This document shows positions 25,200 through 37,369 of a stretch of 64,000 nt of DNA, one piece after another. The notes under the pieces were generated by a model. The model ran no database searches. It was not told the DNA's origin and saw only the letters and a program-made list of their open reading frames with translations. The position numbers and the translations under genes were made by a program. The DNA comes from Camelus dromedarius (lineage: Eukaryota): the NCBI RefSeq assembly GCF_036321535.1, contig NC_087436.1:72976001-73040000 (forward strand), in the 5' to 3' direction. Each line of letters opens with the position of its first letter. The first letter of the stretch is position 1.

Positions 25200-26600
25200 C
25201 TTCTGGCACTTCTTTGCATCCCCTTAGCCGCCCGCACAGTGCTAGCGGCCCCAAACATTTGCCGAACCCCGTCAAAACGTGGGTCTCGCGCCCTGAGTGT
25301 CCAGTAGAGGCCGCCCTGGGCCGGGACTCCCGGGACCCGAGCGCTGGGAGAGGAAAGGCCAGGGGTGGCCTTGTCATCGCCGAGGGGCCCGGGTGGGAGG
25401 GGTTTGGCGGCTGCCGGCGCGGCGGCGGAGGCGGCCCCGGGCTCGGGCGTCGGGGATGGAGCAGAAGCGCGCCGGGCGCCGGAGGACAAGCAGCTGACGG
25501 AGCCGCGCGGCGCTCGCCTCGCTTCCCCTCGCGCCACCCGAGCCGCCCGGGCCGCCCGCCTCCCATCGCAGCCAGCCGGGCAGAAGAGGAGCCACCCGCT
25601 CCCGGTGCGCTCGGTCAGTCCCGGCAAACTGTCCCAACGCCCGCGCCGGGCTCGGCACCAAGCACCAAGGTACCATGGTCTGCAAGACTCTCTTCGCTCT
25701 CTGCATCTTCACGGCAGGTATTTCGGGGCACCGTCCTGCCGGAGGGGCCGGGCGCTGTATGGGCCCTGCGGCCAGTGCTGGGGAAGGGGCTGAAGCGGGG
25801 AGGCCGGGAAGTAAGTCGCCGCGCAGGTGGTGGGAGTGGTGTGAGCCTCCGGGGTTGCGCAAAGGGATGTGCGCACTTGGATTTGGGGTGATGTGCGCCT
25901 TTGGAGATCATGGGCAGAGCCGGACCGAACGGATGACAGGGTTCTTCCTGCCGCAGCCCCCGTCCGCACAAACTCCGGGCTTTATGGAACAGGTGGCTGC
26001 GCGACACGTTCGAACCCCAGGTGGGCGACACTGACTGCGACTCGAGGCTTCTCGGGTCTTGGAGCACACCTCCCAGAGTTGGGTCTAAGCATCAGACTTC
26101 TTGACGAGGTTGGGCCCAGGGAGGGATGAGACAGAGAGAGGAGCAGAGGGGATCGCATCTGGGAAATCTTTAAGCGTGGCTGCGTGTTCCGCGGGGCTGA
26201 TATGCGTTCCCAGAGACTTGGTGGTCTCTGTCTCTGGCGTCCCTGTCTAGTATGCTTGCCGATGATGCGGCCTTAACAGTCCCACTGAAGCTGCTCCGAC
26301 TCTGTTCAAACTTGCGATCATCGCTGGGGGGTTGCAATTCTACCCTGTGGCCCAGAGGCTACGCAAAGTGCGTGCCCTGACAGGCACTGCTAACTTGGCT
26401 AAAGCTAGCATCCTCCAGGTTCCACCCACTCCCCTTACCTACTCATATTCCGGGGACGGCTTACCCACGCGCTCACCGCGGATGCCTGGACCACGGACCG
26501 CGGCGGCCTCTAGCAGGGGGCTGGGAAGAAAGCAGCCGGAGGACTGGGCTCTGCTTGCGGGGCGCCAGGAGAGATGCAGAGGAGCGCTTTGAGACTGGAG
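25200..26600. promoter_or_regulatory. CpG island / PARM1 promoter, 5'UTR and start of intron 1
   Basis: Abrupt switch to very GC- and CpG-rich sequence in an otherwise CpG-depleted AT-rich window. It surrounds the PARM1 ATG, with GC-box-like motifs and no obvious TATA box. The TSS cannot be fixed from sequence. Confidence 0.9.
25675..25717 (+). CDS. PARM1: PARM1 (prostate androgen-regulated mucin-like protein 1) first coding exon, encoding most of the signal peptide
   Basis: ACCATGG Kozak context. Translation MVCKTLFALCIFTA-G closely matches the recalled human PARM1 N-terminus MVYKTLFALCILTAG. The 43 coding nt end at CAG|GTATTT (phase-1 donor), inside a CpG island. Confidence 0.93.
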
Positions 26601-29139
26601 TTAAGGTGCTTAGTTTTTCAAAAAAAAAAAAAAAAATGCAGCCTAACAAGGGACAAGTGACTACAAATGAGGCACCGGTGTAAAAGCAGCCCGATTGCGC
26701 AGACACTGGCATGTTTAGATAAGAATGTTTCAAAGCCGCACGCAAGCCATGTAACTTATGCTTCTAGTCAATGTATGTATTTTTTTCCTTCTGATTTGCT
26801 TGGGTTCCTATAATTGTGGACACAAGTCGTTACTGATCCCTTGAAAAGAAACTAGAGGTTTCCCGGCAACTCACAAAGGATAATGTAGTTTCGAGGGAAA
26901 GTTTCCCAACTTGAGGCTATAGAGAGCCTTTTTCCTGTACTTGCTGAAGGCCAGAGAAATCTTCCTTTTTTCTTTGGTGTCTGCGCAGTTTGCAGGCGCG
27001 TCTGCAAACGGTTCCCAGAAAGGTCTTGTCTGTGATGGCTTTGGCTGAGCAGCCTTGGGCCAGGCTGGGAGCGCCTGGATCCAGGCAAGTGTGGTAGACC
27101 GGAGACCGAGGATTGCCCAGAGAGGTTTATGAAAAGACATGAAAGGTGCCTTACTTTCTCCTCCCTAAAAATCCTTTCATGAGGCTCAAGGCTCAGAAAA
27201 ACCTTCAGTGAATGAGTCGAACTGGTAGGTAGATTTGTTGGCTAATTTTATTAAGTGGCTAATTTCATTTAGTTGGCTAATATTTATTTAATTATTTATA
27301 AAAATTTTTTAACAACTCTGGCAGTTGGCAAAACCAGGATTAACCCTACGAGGCAGTGTAATGTAGCATTTCCCCCCCTAAGGAATGCAAGATTTTTTTT
27401 TCTTCTTGGCCAGCTTTAGAGTTTAGCTCAGCTATTTCCGTGGCAGGAATCTTGATCTTGTTCGAGTCCAGAGTGAGGAGGCTGGGAGCTCCAGGAGCTA
27501 CTGGCTGAACAGCCTCACTCTCATCTCTGCACATGTGTGTCAAGGTCAGAGCCAAGAATATCACAGCCTTCTAGTTCTGGGGCTTCCCTGACACCAGAAG
27601 ACATATTTATGTTTCTGAGTACATCTTCCAAACAGAGAAGGAAGAAGCTTCATCCTTTTCTCTGAGTTTATGCCTCTGAAGGAATCTCTTTGGGGGTCAG
27701 TTTGATGTTAGAGGAATTTACACTAAGTTATCAGGAAAATAATATTAAAACAGACATAAATATATTAGGAGGTTCATTACATCCTAAAGTATGGTGTTTT
27801 CAGAAATAAAATATGACTTCTCTAGAAAAAATTGGTAAAGAAGAGAGGTGTGAGGGTTCTTGGAGTGAAAGTGACATGCGTGTTTCACTGGAACTCCTGA
27901 AACTCTCTTGGCAAAGTCTTTTTCTTTTTTACCTTTCCAGATTTAGAGGCTACAGGAAATTTTCTGTAAAACTCCTAAGGTGATACTTTCTTGAGCCAGG
28001 AATGGGGACTTTGCAGGGGACTTTTTATTTTTAGCTTAATAAATCTACTCAATACATATACATGGCATTTCCTTCAGCTTCTATAATAGACACTTGTACA
28101 TATGTGTGCACTGTCAACAATACAGCAAAAGTAAATCTCTACACATCTTCACTTGTATTTGAAAAAGAAGGAAGAGAGCCACCTTGAATTGTCTTCAATT
28201 CTCTCAAAGTCTATTGTGGCAGAAAAGAAGAGTGGCAATTTTACAAACCATCCCCAAACACCTCAAAGGCCAGTCCTCTAGGCATACAGGAAGGGCTGCC
28301 TCTACATTAAAATACAAGCCGGAACCTCCAAGGTTTGGCAGCAGAACCAAGAAGGGAGGGAGGATGGCAGACAAATGAAAGTTTCCATCTTCATCCCACT
28401 CCCTCTCCTCTCTGGATTCGATTCCTTCATCCCCGCCACCATCATTGCTGCCCTCCAGTGCTCTGTGGCCCACTGTGTTTAAAAATTCCCTCAACTGAGA
28501 TATCTGAGATATACTGGAACCTTCCAAAAGCCTTTTCCAAACATTCAAGGAGTTCAAAGGGGAAATAGCATAAGTAAGAGAGGCACAAACTCCTTGACTC
28601 GTTTTTTCCTGCCCTGATTCTGCCCTGTCTGCCCCTGGTCTCCCCACCCCCATACCCCAGGAGAGTGCTGCATTCCACCCCACAACCCAGGCTGACTTCT
28701 TGGCCGCTTGGTGATCAAGATCAGCAGAGCTGGATTCCAGTCTGCTACCCAGCTAGAGAGCCTATTTGTGTCCTGGGCCTGTCAGATAGCTCTTCTCCCA
28801 GGTGACTAACACCTAGAATGTCCTTATCCTGGAAGGAAGACCCCACCTACACATTTACAGCTATTAGTCCTAATATATGTCAGGGCCTTTTCATAAGCAT
28901 ACCAAGTCTTATCATAAATCTTATCATAAACATACTAAAAATAAACCCAAAGTGGACACACATTTACAGGAACAGCAAAGTTGTCTATGGTTGGCTGAGA
29001 GTGGAGGTAAAGGGTTGCTTGCATCCCTTTAGCCTGGTTACCTTCTGTTCCCCTGAAGTGTGTTCACAGAGTGACACCTCCTTTGGATGAAATCTGACCT
29101 GAGAAGGTGGAAACTCCCTATGGTTATCAGATACATTTA

Positions 29140-29380
29140 CTGAGGCCGTGTTGCAAAGTGGTAAGCATGCAGATTCAGCAGCTAGATTGCCTCAGTACAA
29201 AGCTGTTTTACCACCTTCTAATTGTGTAATTTTTGGCACATGGTCTAGCCACTGTTGAGTTTTCTTATCTATGAAATTGGAGGAATAAAACTTCATAAGA
29301 TTGTTGAAAGTGTTAAATGACTGAATATACCTTATGCCTAGATTATAATTATATGTTAATCCTCAATAAGGATTAGCGAT
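29140..29380 (+). mobile_element. MIR SINE
   Basis: AGTGGTAAGCATGCAGA...GCTAGATTGCCT...AGTTTTCTTATCTATGAAATTGG...CTCAATAAG is collinear with MIR. Confidence 0.7.
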
Positions 29381-30187
29381 TGTGGTTGCTATTATTCTCA
29401 TTAATAAAGTTCACTATATTCGGCATCTATTAGGTCATCCTCTCCAAAAGCGAAGTTTATGTGTTTGTGCTTGGACTATATAAATCAAAGATCTCAACTA
29501 ATACTCCAGCATGGTGCCAGCTGTTCTGGCAAACCCTCTTGTGCAAATTAAGAAAATATTCAGCTGAGCCTACTAAATGCCTAATTTGAAAAGGTTAATA
29601 ATGTGCCAGCTCAGATTTAGCACAAAAGTCCAAAAAAAAATTGTTCAGTAACAAACAGCAGTAGAGTCTCAGCAAAGATGTTATTCCTTCCACAAATTCT
29701 TTTACAATCTGGTATGTTTCAAAAGCCCAACTCAGCTAAACCTTGAGGTCAGGTTCCCAGAGCCACACATTTTGGATAATTCTGATCGAATAACTTAGAA
29801 AAAGCCAGCTCATGGTGTATGAATGATCCAGACTGGTCTCTCCAGAATCCAAAACCATCCATAACGGCCAGATCTCTAATGTAACTTGACCATTTGGGCC
29901 TGGTCTAGTCATGCTTTAATTGTGCTTGTGTTTTTATAAGAAAAATAGTGGCCAAATATTTATAGTTGGAGCAGATTTTCTTAAATGATCATTTTCCCAG
30001 GGGTGGGTGTGGTGGGTACAGCATCCCCTGGAAACAATGAAGAGGAAGATTTTAAAAATATTTTCAAAAGGTATTGGCTATTTTAACATCCCAATGGAAG
30101 GAATCCTGCCACAACATTTACAGTAGTTTCCTTCCTTTTGGAAGCATCTATCACTGAAATCAGATGTGTTAGTTTAGGAATCAAATA

Positions 30188-30484
30188 TAGTCGTTCCTTG
30201 GTATCCAGAACCTTCCCCCCATACCAAAATCCTCAGACGCTCAAGTCCCTTACATAAAATATCATCGTATCGGCATATAACCTATGCACATCCTCCTGTA
30301 TACTTTAAGTCATCTCTAGGTTGCTTATACCTAAACCAATGCAAATGCCGTGACAAAAGTTGCTGGCACGGAGCAAATTCAAGTTTTGCTTTTCGGAAAC
30401 TTCTTGATTTTTTTCTCCAATATTTTCGATACGATGTTGTTTGAATTCACAAATGCAGAACCCACAGATATGGAGGATTGACTG
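30188..30484 (+). mobile_element. MER2B-like TcMar-Tigger MITE
   Basis: TA|TAGTCGTTCCTTGGTATCC ... GATATGGAGGATTGACTG|TA (degenerate TIRs, TA TSD). Internal GCTCAAGTCCCTTACATAAAAT and GCAAATTCAAGTTTTGCTTTT. Confidence 0.88.
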
Positions 30485-31008
30485 TATTTGCTTTGCTAAC
30501 AAGATATTGGATGAAATAGTTGCCTGGAAAAATTAATGTTTCATTTAGAAGACAGCAGTGGTTCTGAAAAGAGGTGGGCAAATTAGTGAGTACCTGCCTC
30601 ATGCAGTGATTGTTTTTTACGTGGCAATGCAGGGCTAATAGGTTATCATCCAGTTAATGAATGTGCAAGTGGGGTGACTATAAAATAAGACTGATTCGTG
30701 TATATGGTTCATGGCATTGCATTCTGTAGTCACAGCTTAAATTATTTAAGTGATGGGAATTGATGCAACATCAGATTTTCTGATGTGTAGATCTTTAAAT
30801 ATTCTTCATAATCCTTTACCCCAGTGTAACCCACTTCTTTAACCTGTTTTAATGTCATTTAGAACCCTTGAGACTTTTGCCATTTTGTAAGTAATAGAAA
30901 CCATTACAACCAAATAGACAATTATGTAATTGTTTTCATCTGTGTTTTTCATTGGTACAAGGGGGTATAATGTTAAATGAAAATAAGCTATTTTAATTTT
31001 CCTTTGGC

Positions 31009-31192
31009 TAGTGTTACCAGATTTAGCAATTAAAAATACAGGCTGCCCAGTCCAATTTGAATTTCAAAATAAATAGTGAATTCTGAGTATAACCCACATA
31101 GTGCTTGGGACACACTTAAACTAAATAAGTCTTCATTGTTTATCTTGAATTCAAATGGAATTGGACATCCTGTATTTTCTCTAGCAGCCCTA
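31009..31192 (+). mobile_element. MER53 palindromic hAT-type MITE with perfect 8-bp TSD
   Basis: Termini TAGTGTTACCAGA and TCTAGCAGCCCTA. The arms are self-complementary (AAAATACAGGCTGCCCAGTCCAATTTGAATTTCA / TGAATTCAAATGGAATTGGACATCCTGTATTTT). CCTTTGGC occurs at both 31001-31008 and 31193-31200. Confidence 0.92.
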
Positions 31193-32189
31193 CCTTTGGC
31201 CTTTCATCTGTGGTTCATCCATGATGTGTGTTTGACATAGGATTGACTTTATTTTGAACCCTGCCTCACCCGGCTTCAGCCGCCCTGCACCATTTCATTC
31301 ATCACAATCTGTTCACGGGAAGATGTGGAGAGCTCTGTCCCCAGCAGCAAATACAATGTTAGGATTCAGAGGCAGCTCTCCAATGAAACATTTCGAATTG
31401 GACTGCATATCTGTTCACTGCGCACTGCTCTTTGTGTCTGAACAAGTGGGATTTCTGTAGCCTCCCTGATGCTGCATTACTTTACCCTCTTGTGACCCTT
31501 CTTTAAAAAAAAAAAAAAAACAAAAACAAAAAACCAAAAAAACAACCCAGTATACTATATGAAATGGTAGCAATGTTCTTGCATAGGAGCTGGGACTCAA
31601 AGCCTTGCCAGCTGGATAGCTGGCAGCTGATTTAAAAAAGAAAGTTATAAGATAGCTTTGGATTTCAATGCTGTCTTCTGTGCCAGGATCTCAACACATC
31701 TCACAAATATTAATTATATAAGGTTTACATAATTCCTGCAGGATAGGTCTATTGGTATCACTTGAAAGCTGTGCTTCTACGAGCCTGAAGCAGCATCTTT
31801 GAATTTCAAGGCAGATTGGAAAAAAAATTCTTTAAGCAATTGGACTGTGGTGGAAATTTGCACCTTTATACCTAAGGCAAAATCTGTGAATAGGTAACTG
31901 TTAGGTGGGGAAAAAAATTGTGAAAAGTTTCCAGGTGTGATATTTAGAACACATGGCTCTTCAATACAAAATAAGATGAATGACAGAATACAACTTCGAT
32001 GATAATATCTTTCACTTACAGTCCAAATTCTGGCACCTGATTTTCTTTTCCATCAAGTAGGAAAGGACACAGGAACTTTAGTGCCGGATTGCACATGAAT
32101 AGTGTTGAAGGAGTGAAAGTTTTGTTTGTTTGATGTTTTGGGTTTTTGGCCATAGTTTTAAAGCTATCATTCAGGGTCCAAATTTCTAG

Positions 32190-32972
32190 TTGCTGAAAAT
32201 CATGAGTCATCTTTGAGTCTCTTTTCCTCTCAACACCCCTCCTCCAATCCTTCAAGAAAATATGTTCGCCTGACTTTCAAAATGTATACGGAAGTCAGAC
32301 ACTTTTTGCCACCTCCATCACTGTCACTGAGGTGGGAGCCACCATTCTCTTCCTCCTGGAGTACTCCAGGGGCCTCCTCTCAGGTCTACCAGCTTTTAGC
32401 CTTTCCCACCTAAGATCTGGTCTCTACAGAGCAGCAGTCGGTCCAGTGGAAATGCATCAGATGAAGCCACTGCTCTGTTCACAGCTCTGCAATGGCTTCC
32501 TGTTGCACTCTGAGTAGAATCCCAGCCCAGGCCTTAAAGTGACCATCAAGACCTGCATGAGCTGTTCCGCCTTCATCCTTGGACCTGGGCTTCCACCTCT
32601 CCTCCGCTTGCCCTGCACCAGCCACACTGGTTTCCTTATCACGTGCCATGGCTCGGTCCTGTTTCTGGAACACACCTTCTCTGAAATCCAAGTGGTTAAT
32701 TCCCTCACCTCCCTAAAACCTTTGCTCAGATATCGTCTTCTCATTGAGGCTGACCTTGACCAACATTTTTAAATTGCTGTCTGTTCCATCTGCCAACACC
32801 ATAGTCCCAAGGGCCCCTTGTCTGCCTCTTGCCTCTGCTTTTTCTTTAATGTGTACCTCCTCTATCCCTTACCTCCTCCACCTTCAGATTTTGTCTCTTT
32901 TGTTTTCTCTGGTGCCCCCAGTGCTAAATGACAGTTAGGGGGTACTCAAAATATATTTGTTGAACTGAATGA
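32190..32972 (+). mobile_element. L2 LINE 3' fragment
   Basis: Pyrimidine-rich L2 body (CAATGGCTTCC...CACTCTGAGTAGAATCC) ending TACTCAAAATATATTTGTTGAACTGAATGA. Confidence 0.85.
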
Positions 32973-33878
32973 TTAAAATACATTTTTTGAGAACTGGCAA
33001 AATAAAGACAATTTAAATTTTGCCTTGGAGCCCCCCAAAATGAGACATTGGCAAACTTGCTTATTATCAATTGCTTGTGTCTAGTGTTTCCAAATAGCTT
33101 TTTCTTTAAAAACAAAACAAAAAAAAATGAGTCAGGCTTTTCGTTTTCATTGAAGTTTACAAAAGCTAAACTTTAAAATCAGCTCTTTTTTTATTTTAGC
33201 TATGCTCATACAAAACACTTCTTTTTAAAATGTAAGCACTTTTTTTGGCCATGGGTATCACTTTAAAATGGCTAAAACTTTTAAAACTCTCTGGCCAGTT
33301 AAGAAAATATCACCTTTGAGCTCAGCTGGAGAAGATAAAGATACTTTTACTCTTTGACCACTTTTGAGAATTTTCTGAATAACTAAAAATAGCCTGATGA
33401 TGAAAAGTGGTTTGAATCTAAAGGAAGCACAACTGACAATTTCACAGTAATGTTTGAGACTGAGTGTGCTGAGTGTGGAGGGTGTAAGTTAGTCACAAAT
33501 AAGCTAGAACAGACTGGGAGTGCTCGTGGCCTTACAGACTCTGCGTTCTGCCTTCATCGGTGACTCTGAAATATGAATTGTGTTTTAGTTCAAGCAATAG
33601 ATAGAAGTGAAGTCCTCACGAAAATCAAACCTGTCTCCTGTGAGCACTTGTTCCCCACCTTGCAGGGCTGGCACTCCTTGACGTGGCTGGTGTTAAAGTC
33701 ACCCAGGTCGATATACCCTCTAGCATCATCATCCAACAAGACTTATGGTACTTTTTGACTTAAATAAAAACATCTACTTATTTAGTAATGGCCAAAAAGA
33801 ACAGGAGCTTAAAAAAAGAACAACATACTGGTCTTGAAGAGTAAGGAATAGTAGCAAAATTTAAGATTATGTCAACTT

Positions 33879-34773
33879 GTGGCCAATAGGCACATGAAAA
33901 GATGCTCAATGTCACTAATTATCAGAGAAATGCAAATCAAAATTACAGTGAAGTATCACATCACACCAGTCAGAATGGCCATTATTAAAAAGTCACAATT
34001 GGAATGCTGGAGAGGGTGTGGAGAAAAGGAAACCCTCCTACACTGTTCATGGGAATGTAATTCAATGCACCATTATGGAAAACAGTATGGAGATTCCTTA
34101 AAAAAAACTAAAAATAAACATACTAATATGATCCAGCAATCCCACTCTTGGGCATATATCTGGAGGAAATTCTACTTTAGAAAGATACAAGTACCCCCTC
34201 AATGTTCACTGCAGCACACTATTTACAATAGCCAAGACATAGAAGCAACCTAAATGTACATCAACAGATGACTAGATAAAGAAGTTGTGGTATACGTATA
34301 CAATGGAGTACTACTCAGCCATAAAAAAGAATGAAATAATGCCATTTGCAGCAATAGAGATGGACCTGGAGGTTATCACCCCTTATCATAGGGATCATCG
34401 TAAGTGAACTAAGTTAGACAGGGAAAGACAAATATCATACGATATTGCTTATATGTGGAATCCTAAAAAAAGAAAAGACACAGATGAACTTATTTACAAA
34501 ACAGAAACAGACTCACAGACATAGAAAACAAAACTTATGATTACCAGGGAGAAAGGGAGCAGGGATAAATTAGGAGTTCGGGATTGGCAGATATTAACTA
34601 CTATCTATAAAATAGATAAACGACAAGGTCCTACTGTACAGCACAGGGAACTATAATCAATATCTTGTAACAACCTATAATGATAAGAATATATGTATGT
34701 ATAACTGGGTCACTGTGTTGTACACAAGAAACTAACACAACATTGTAAATCAACTATATTTCATTTATAAAAA
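33879..34773 (+). mobile_element. 5'-truncated L1 (ORF2 C-terminus plus 3'UTR) with TSD
   Basis: [41 protein letters not shown] is the L1 ORF2 C-terminal region. TSD AAGATTATGTCAACTT (33863-33878) vs AAGATTATATCCACTT (34774-34789), 14/16. Confidence 0.95.
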
Positions 34774-35089
34774 AAGATTATATCCACTTAAAGAGCAACC
34801 TACAAACAAACCAAAGAAGGGAAAAGATCACTTTGTATTAAAAACATGTTCCTTGCTTGTTCTGTGGGGTCACTTATCTGTTCTTGAGGTGGGAAGGGGC
34901 TCTGCCATCTTGAGGGACAGCAGCAGGGACTGTGCACAGAGAGAGGGTGCAAGGAGAGAAGCCTGCCCTCCCCTCATGCTGGAGGACCGACGACGGGGAA
35001 CTGCGTCTGGGTTTGTGGGAGTGACACAGGAGGGCAGGCGACCACACCCCACCTCTCCTCCACCAGAGAGCCCATGTTCCCCAAGTAAA

Positions 35090-35572
35090 GCCATTTGCAG
35101 CAACATGGATGAACCTGGAGAATGTCCTTCTAAGTAAAATAAGCCAGAAAGAGAAAGAAAAATACCATATGATATCACTTATATGTTGAATATAAAGAAA
35201 AAGTTTTTTTAAAGACAAACGAACTTATTTATAAAACAGAAACAGACTCACAGACATAGAAAACAAATTTATGGTTACCAGTGGGGGAAGGGGGGTGAGA
35301 TGGGATAAATTGGGAGTTCGAGATTTGCAGGTACTAATATATATAAAATAGATCAACAACAAGTTCATACTGTATAGCACAGGGAACCATATTCAATATC
35401 TTGTCGTAACCTATGGTGAAGAAAAATATGAGAATTAATGTATGTGTGTTACTTTGTGACTGAAACAATGTGCTGTACACCAGAAATCGACACAACATTG
35501 TAAACTGACTGTACTTCCATATAAATATATTTAAAAAATAAAGATAGAGTAATTAAAAAAAAAAAAAAAAAA
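35090..35572 (+). mobile_element. Second 5'-truncated L1 3'UTR with poly-A
   Basis: GCCATTTGCAGCAACATGGATG...ACAGAAACAGACTCACAGACATAGAAAACAAA...ACACAACATTGTAAACTGACT, with A18 at 35555-35572. Confidence 0.92.
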
Positions 35573-36869
35573 CAGGGCCCCAGTTCTCACTGGAAAGAAA
35601 AGGAACACACTTTGACAAGAGAAGGCTGGTGACAGCCAAGTGTGGCTGCTGAAGGAGGGAAAAATTACCACACCACTGAGAACAGAGTTTCTGTCTGGAG
35701 AGTAATCAGAAAGAGGGGATATGTGCTTTTTGAGATTCCAAAGTTTACAGCCAAGTTAAGGACTTTTTAAAACATGAATGCACTCTAAACAACGTAAATG
35801 TCTAACTATAAAGTGCTGGTCAGACCATAATAAACACTTCCATGTTTATTCAACTGGGCAATATTCAGTAATTGCTTAAAAGAATGAGGTGACTCTTACG
35901 TACTGTCACGTAGAAATGGTGACAATATATTGAATTAATATCTTGTAACTTTATATTTCACAGTATATTGAAAAAGCAAGCCAAGGAATAAAATGTACCT
36001 TGTAATAAAATATTTAAAACGTTCTGTGTGTGCCCGTGGGAAAAAGAGTTTAGAAGGATACAGTGGTTATTTCTGGCAAGTGAGTTTTGGGTCAGTTTCA
36101 CTTTTTGTGCTCTTTTGTTTGTGGTTTGTGTTGTCTTCACAATTTAAAAAGTGAAGATATTATCAATATTTTAATCCCTCTTTATCAATCATTAATGTGG
36201 CTAGATGACTTTTTCTATCCTCAAAATCTTGATTCAAAAATCCTTCTGATGGAGCCCCCAAAAATAATCTTACAAAAGCAAATAATTTCAGAAAGGTTTA
36301 CAGGATATTCCTGACTTAATGGGCAGGGAGGGCTCTGGGAAGGAATTGACTTAAAGTAATATTGTATTTTCTAAAGACAGAGTGCTGCATAAATCATTGA
36401 TCAAGACAACTGTCTTGGAAAGTATTTTAAGAGGCTCTGAGCTAACTGATTAGCATTTAAGGTACTTTGTTATTTTTTAATATTTTCAGCGTTTGTCACT
36501 TATGGGAGCAATTTTAAGTGAAAACATTACTCTAAGCTTTTCTTCAGTGAAATCTGTCAACTTAGGTATCCAATAGGAAAAAGAGCTGTCAGAAGGCTAT
36601 ATGATGTGTTTTTCTTTTGGCAACATTAAATTTGTATATCATCTTTTCAATAAAATATTCAATAAAATGTGGTTTAGGTAAATGCTAGAGGATCCATTAC
36701 TAATACTCATGGCATTATCAGAGAACAGAGCAAGTGTGAATTCAGAGAGGGCTGGAGCAGACAGGGCTGGAGGAGGGTTTGGTGTGATCTGGGCCAACCC
36801 CTTCATATTATAGAAAAGTCTGTCGGGCAGCAGGGAAATTCACGTTGTTAATTTTTAGCCGTCCTAGGT

Positions 36870-37050
36870 ATCACACTTTATATTATGTTCATGTCATTTG
36901 CAGCGTCATCTAATCCTCCCGACCACCCTGTGAGAGAAGCAGGCTATTCCTATTTTGTAGCTGAGGTTACGGGTTCTCAGAAGTTAAGCAATGAGATGCA
37001 GATCACACAGTTGGTAAGTGACAGAGCTAGGCTTTGAGCCCAGGTCTGTC
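36870..37050 (-). mobile_element. MIR SINE
   Basis: TCATCTAATCCTCC...CCTATTTTGTAGCTGAGG...TCACACAGTTGGTAAGTGACAGAGCTAGGCTTTGAGCCCAGGTCTGTC. Confidence 0.75.
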
Positions 37051-37369
37051 ATCTTCTACCTACCTTGGCCCCTCAGGCCTTGAACTGCCAAATCAGTTGC
37101 CAAATCCTCTTGTGTAAATTTACTCTGTAGAATCTCTCCCAACTCTGATCCTCTTCCCCTTCCCCACAGCTACAGTCTTGGGTGAGAACCTCATGATCTC
37201 AGCCTAGACAGTTACAGAAACTCCTCTGTGGTCATTGTCAACCTTTCTCTTCTCATGGTCTCTTGCCACTCTTTTGGGACTCATTCAGGCCAAATTGTCT
37301 TTTCACGTCCAAGGTAGGAAAAGCAGACCCAGATCTGCCTAAGAGTCATCCAGGTGTTAAGACTGTGGT

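Noticed and set aside
25718..26034. Continuation of the PARM1 ORF to 119 aa
   Set aside because: Similarity to PARM1 stops at the GT donor. The remainder is intronic read-through.
25124..26129. Many overlapping 86-225 aa ORFs on both strands
   Set aside because: These are Pro/Arg/Gly/Ala-rich products expected from stop-codon depletion in a CpG island, with no recognisable domain. Only the first 43 nt of the 25675 ORF match a known protein.
28204..28683. 159-aa minus-strand ORF
   Set aside because: Non-ATG start, no recognisable motif or family similarity, and no evident exon structure. Compatible with chance, though antisense non-coding transcription cannot be excluded.
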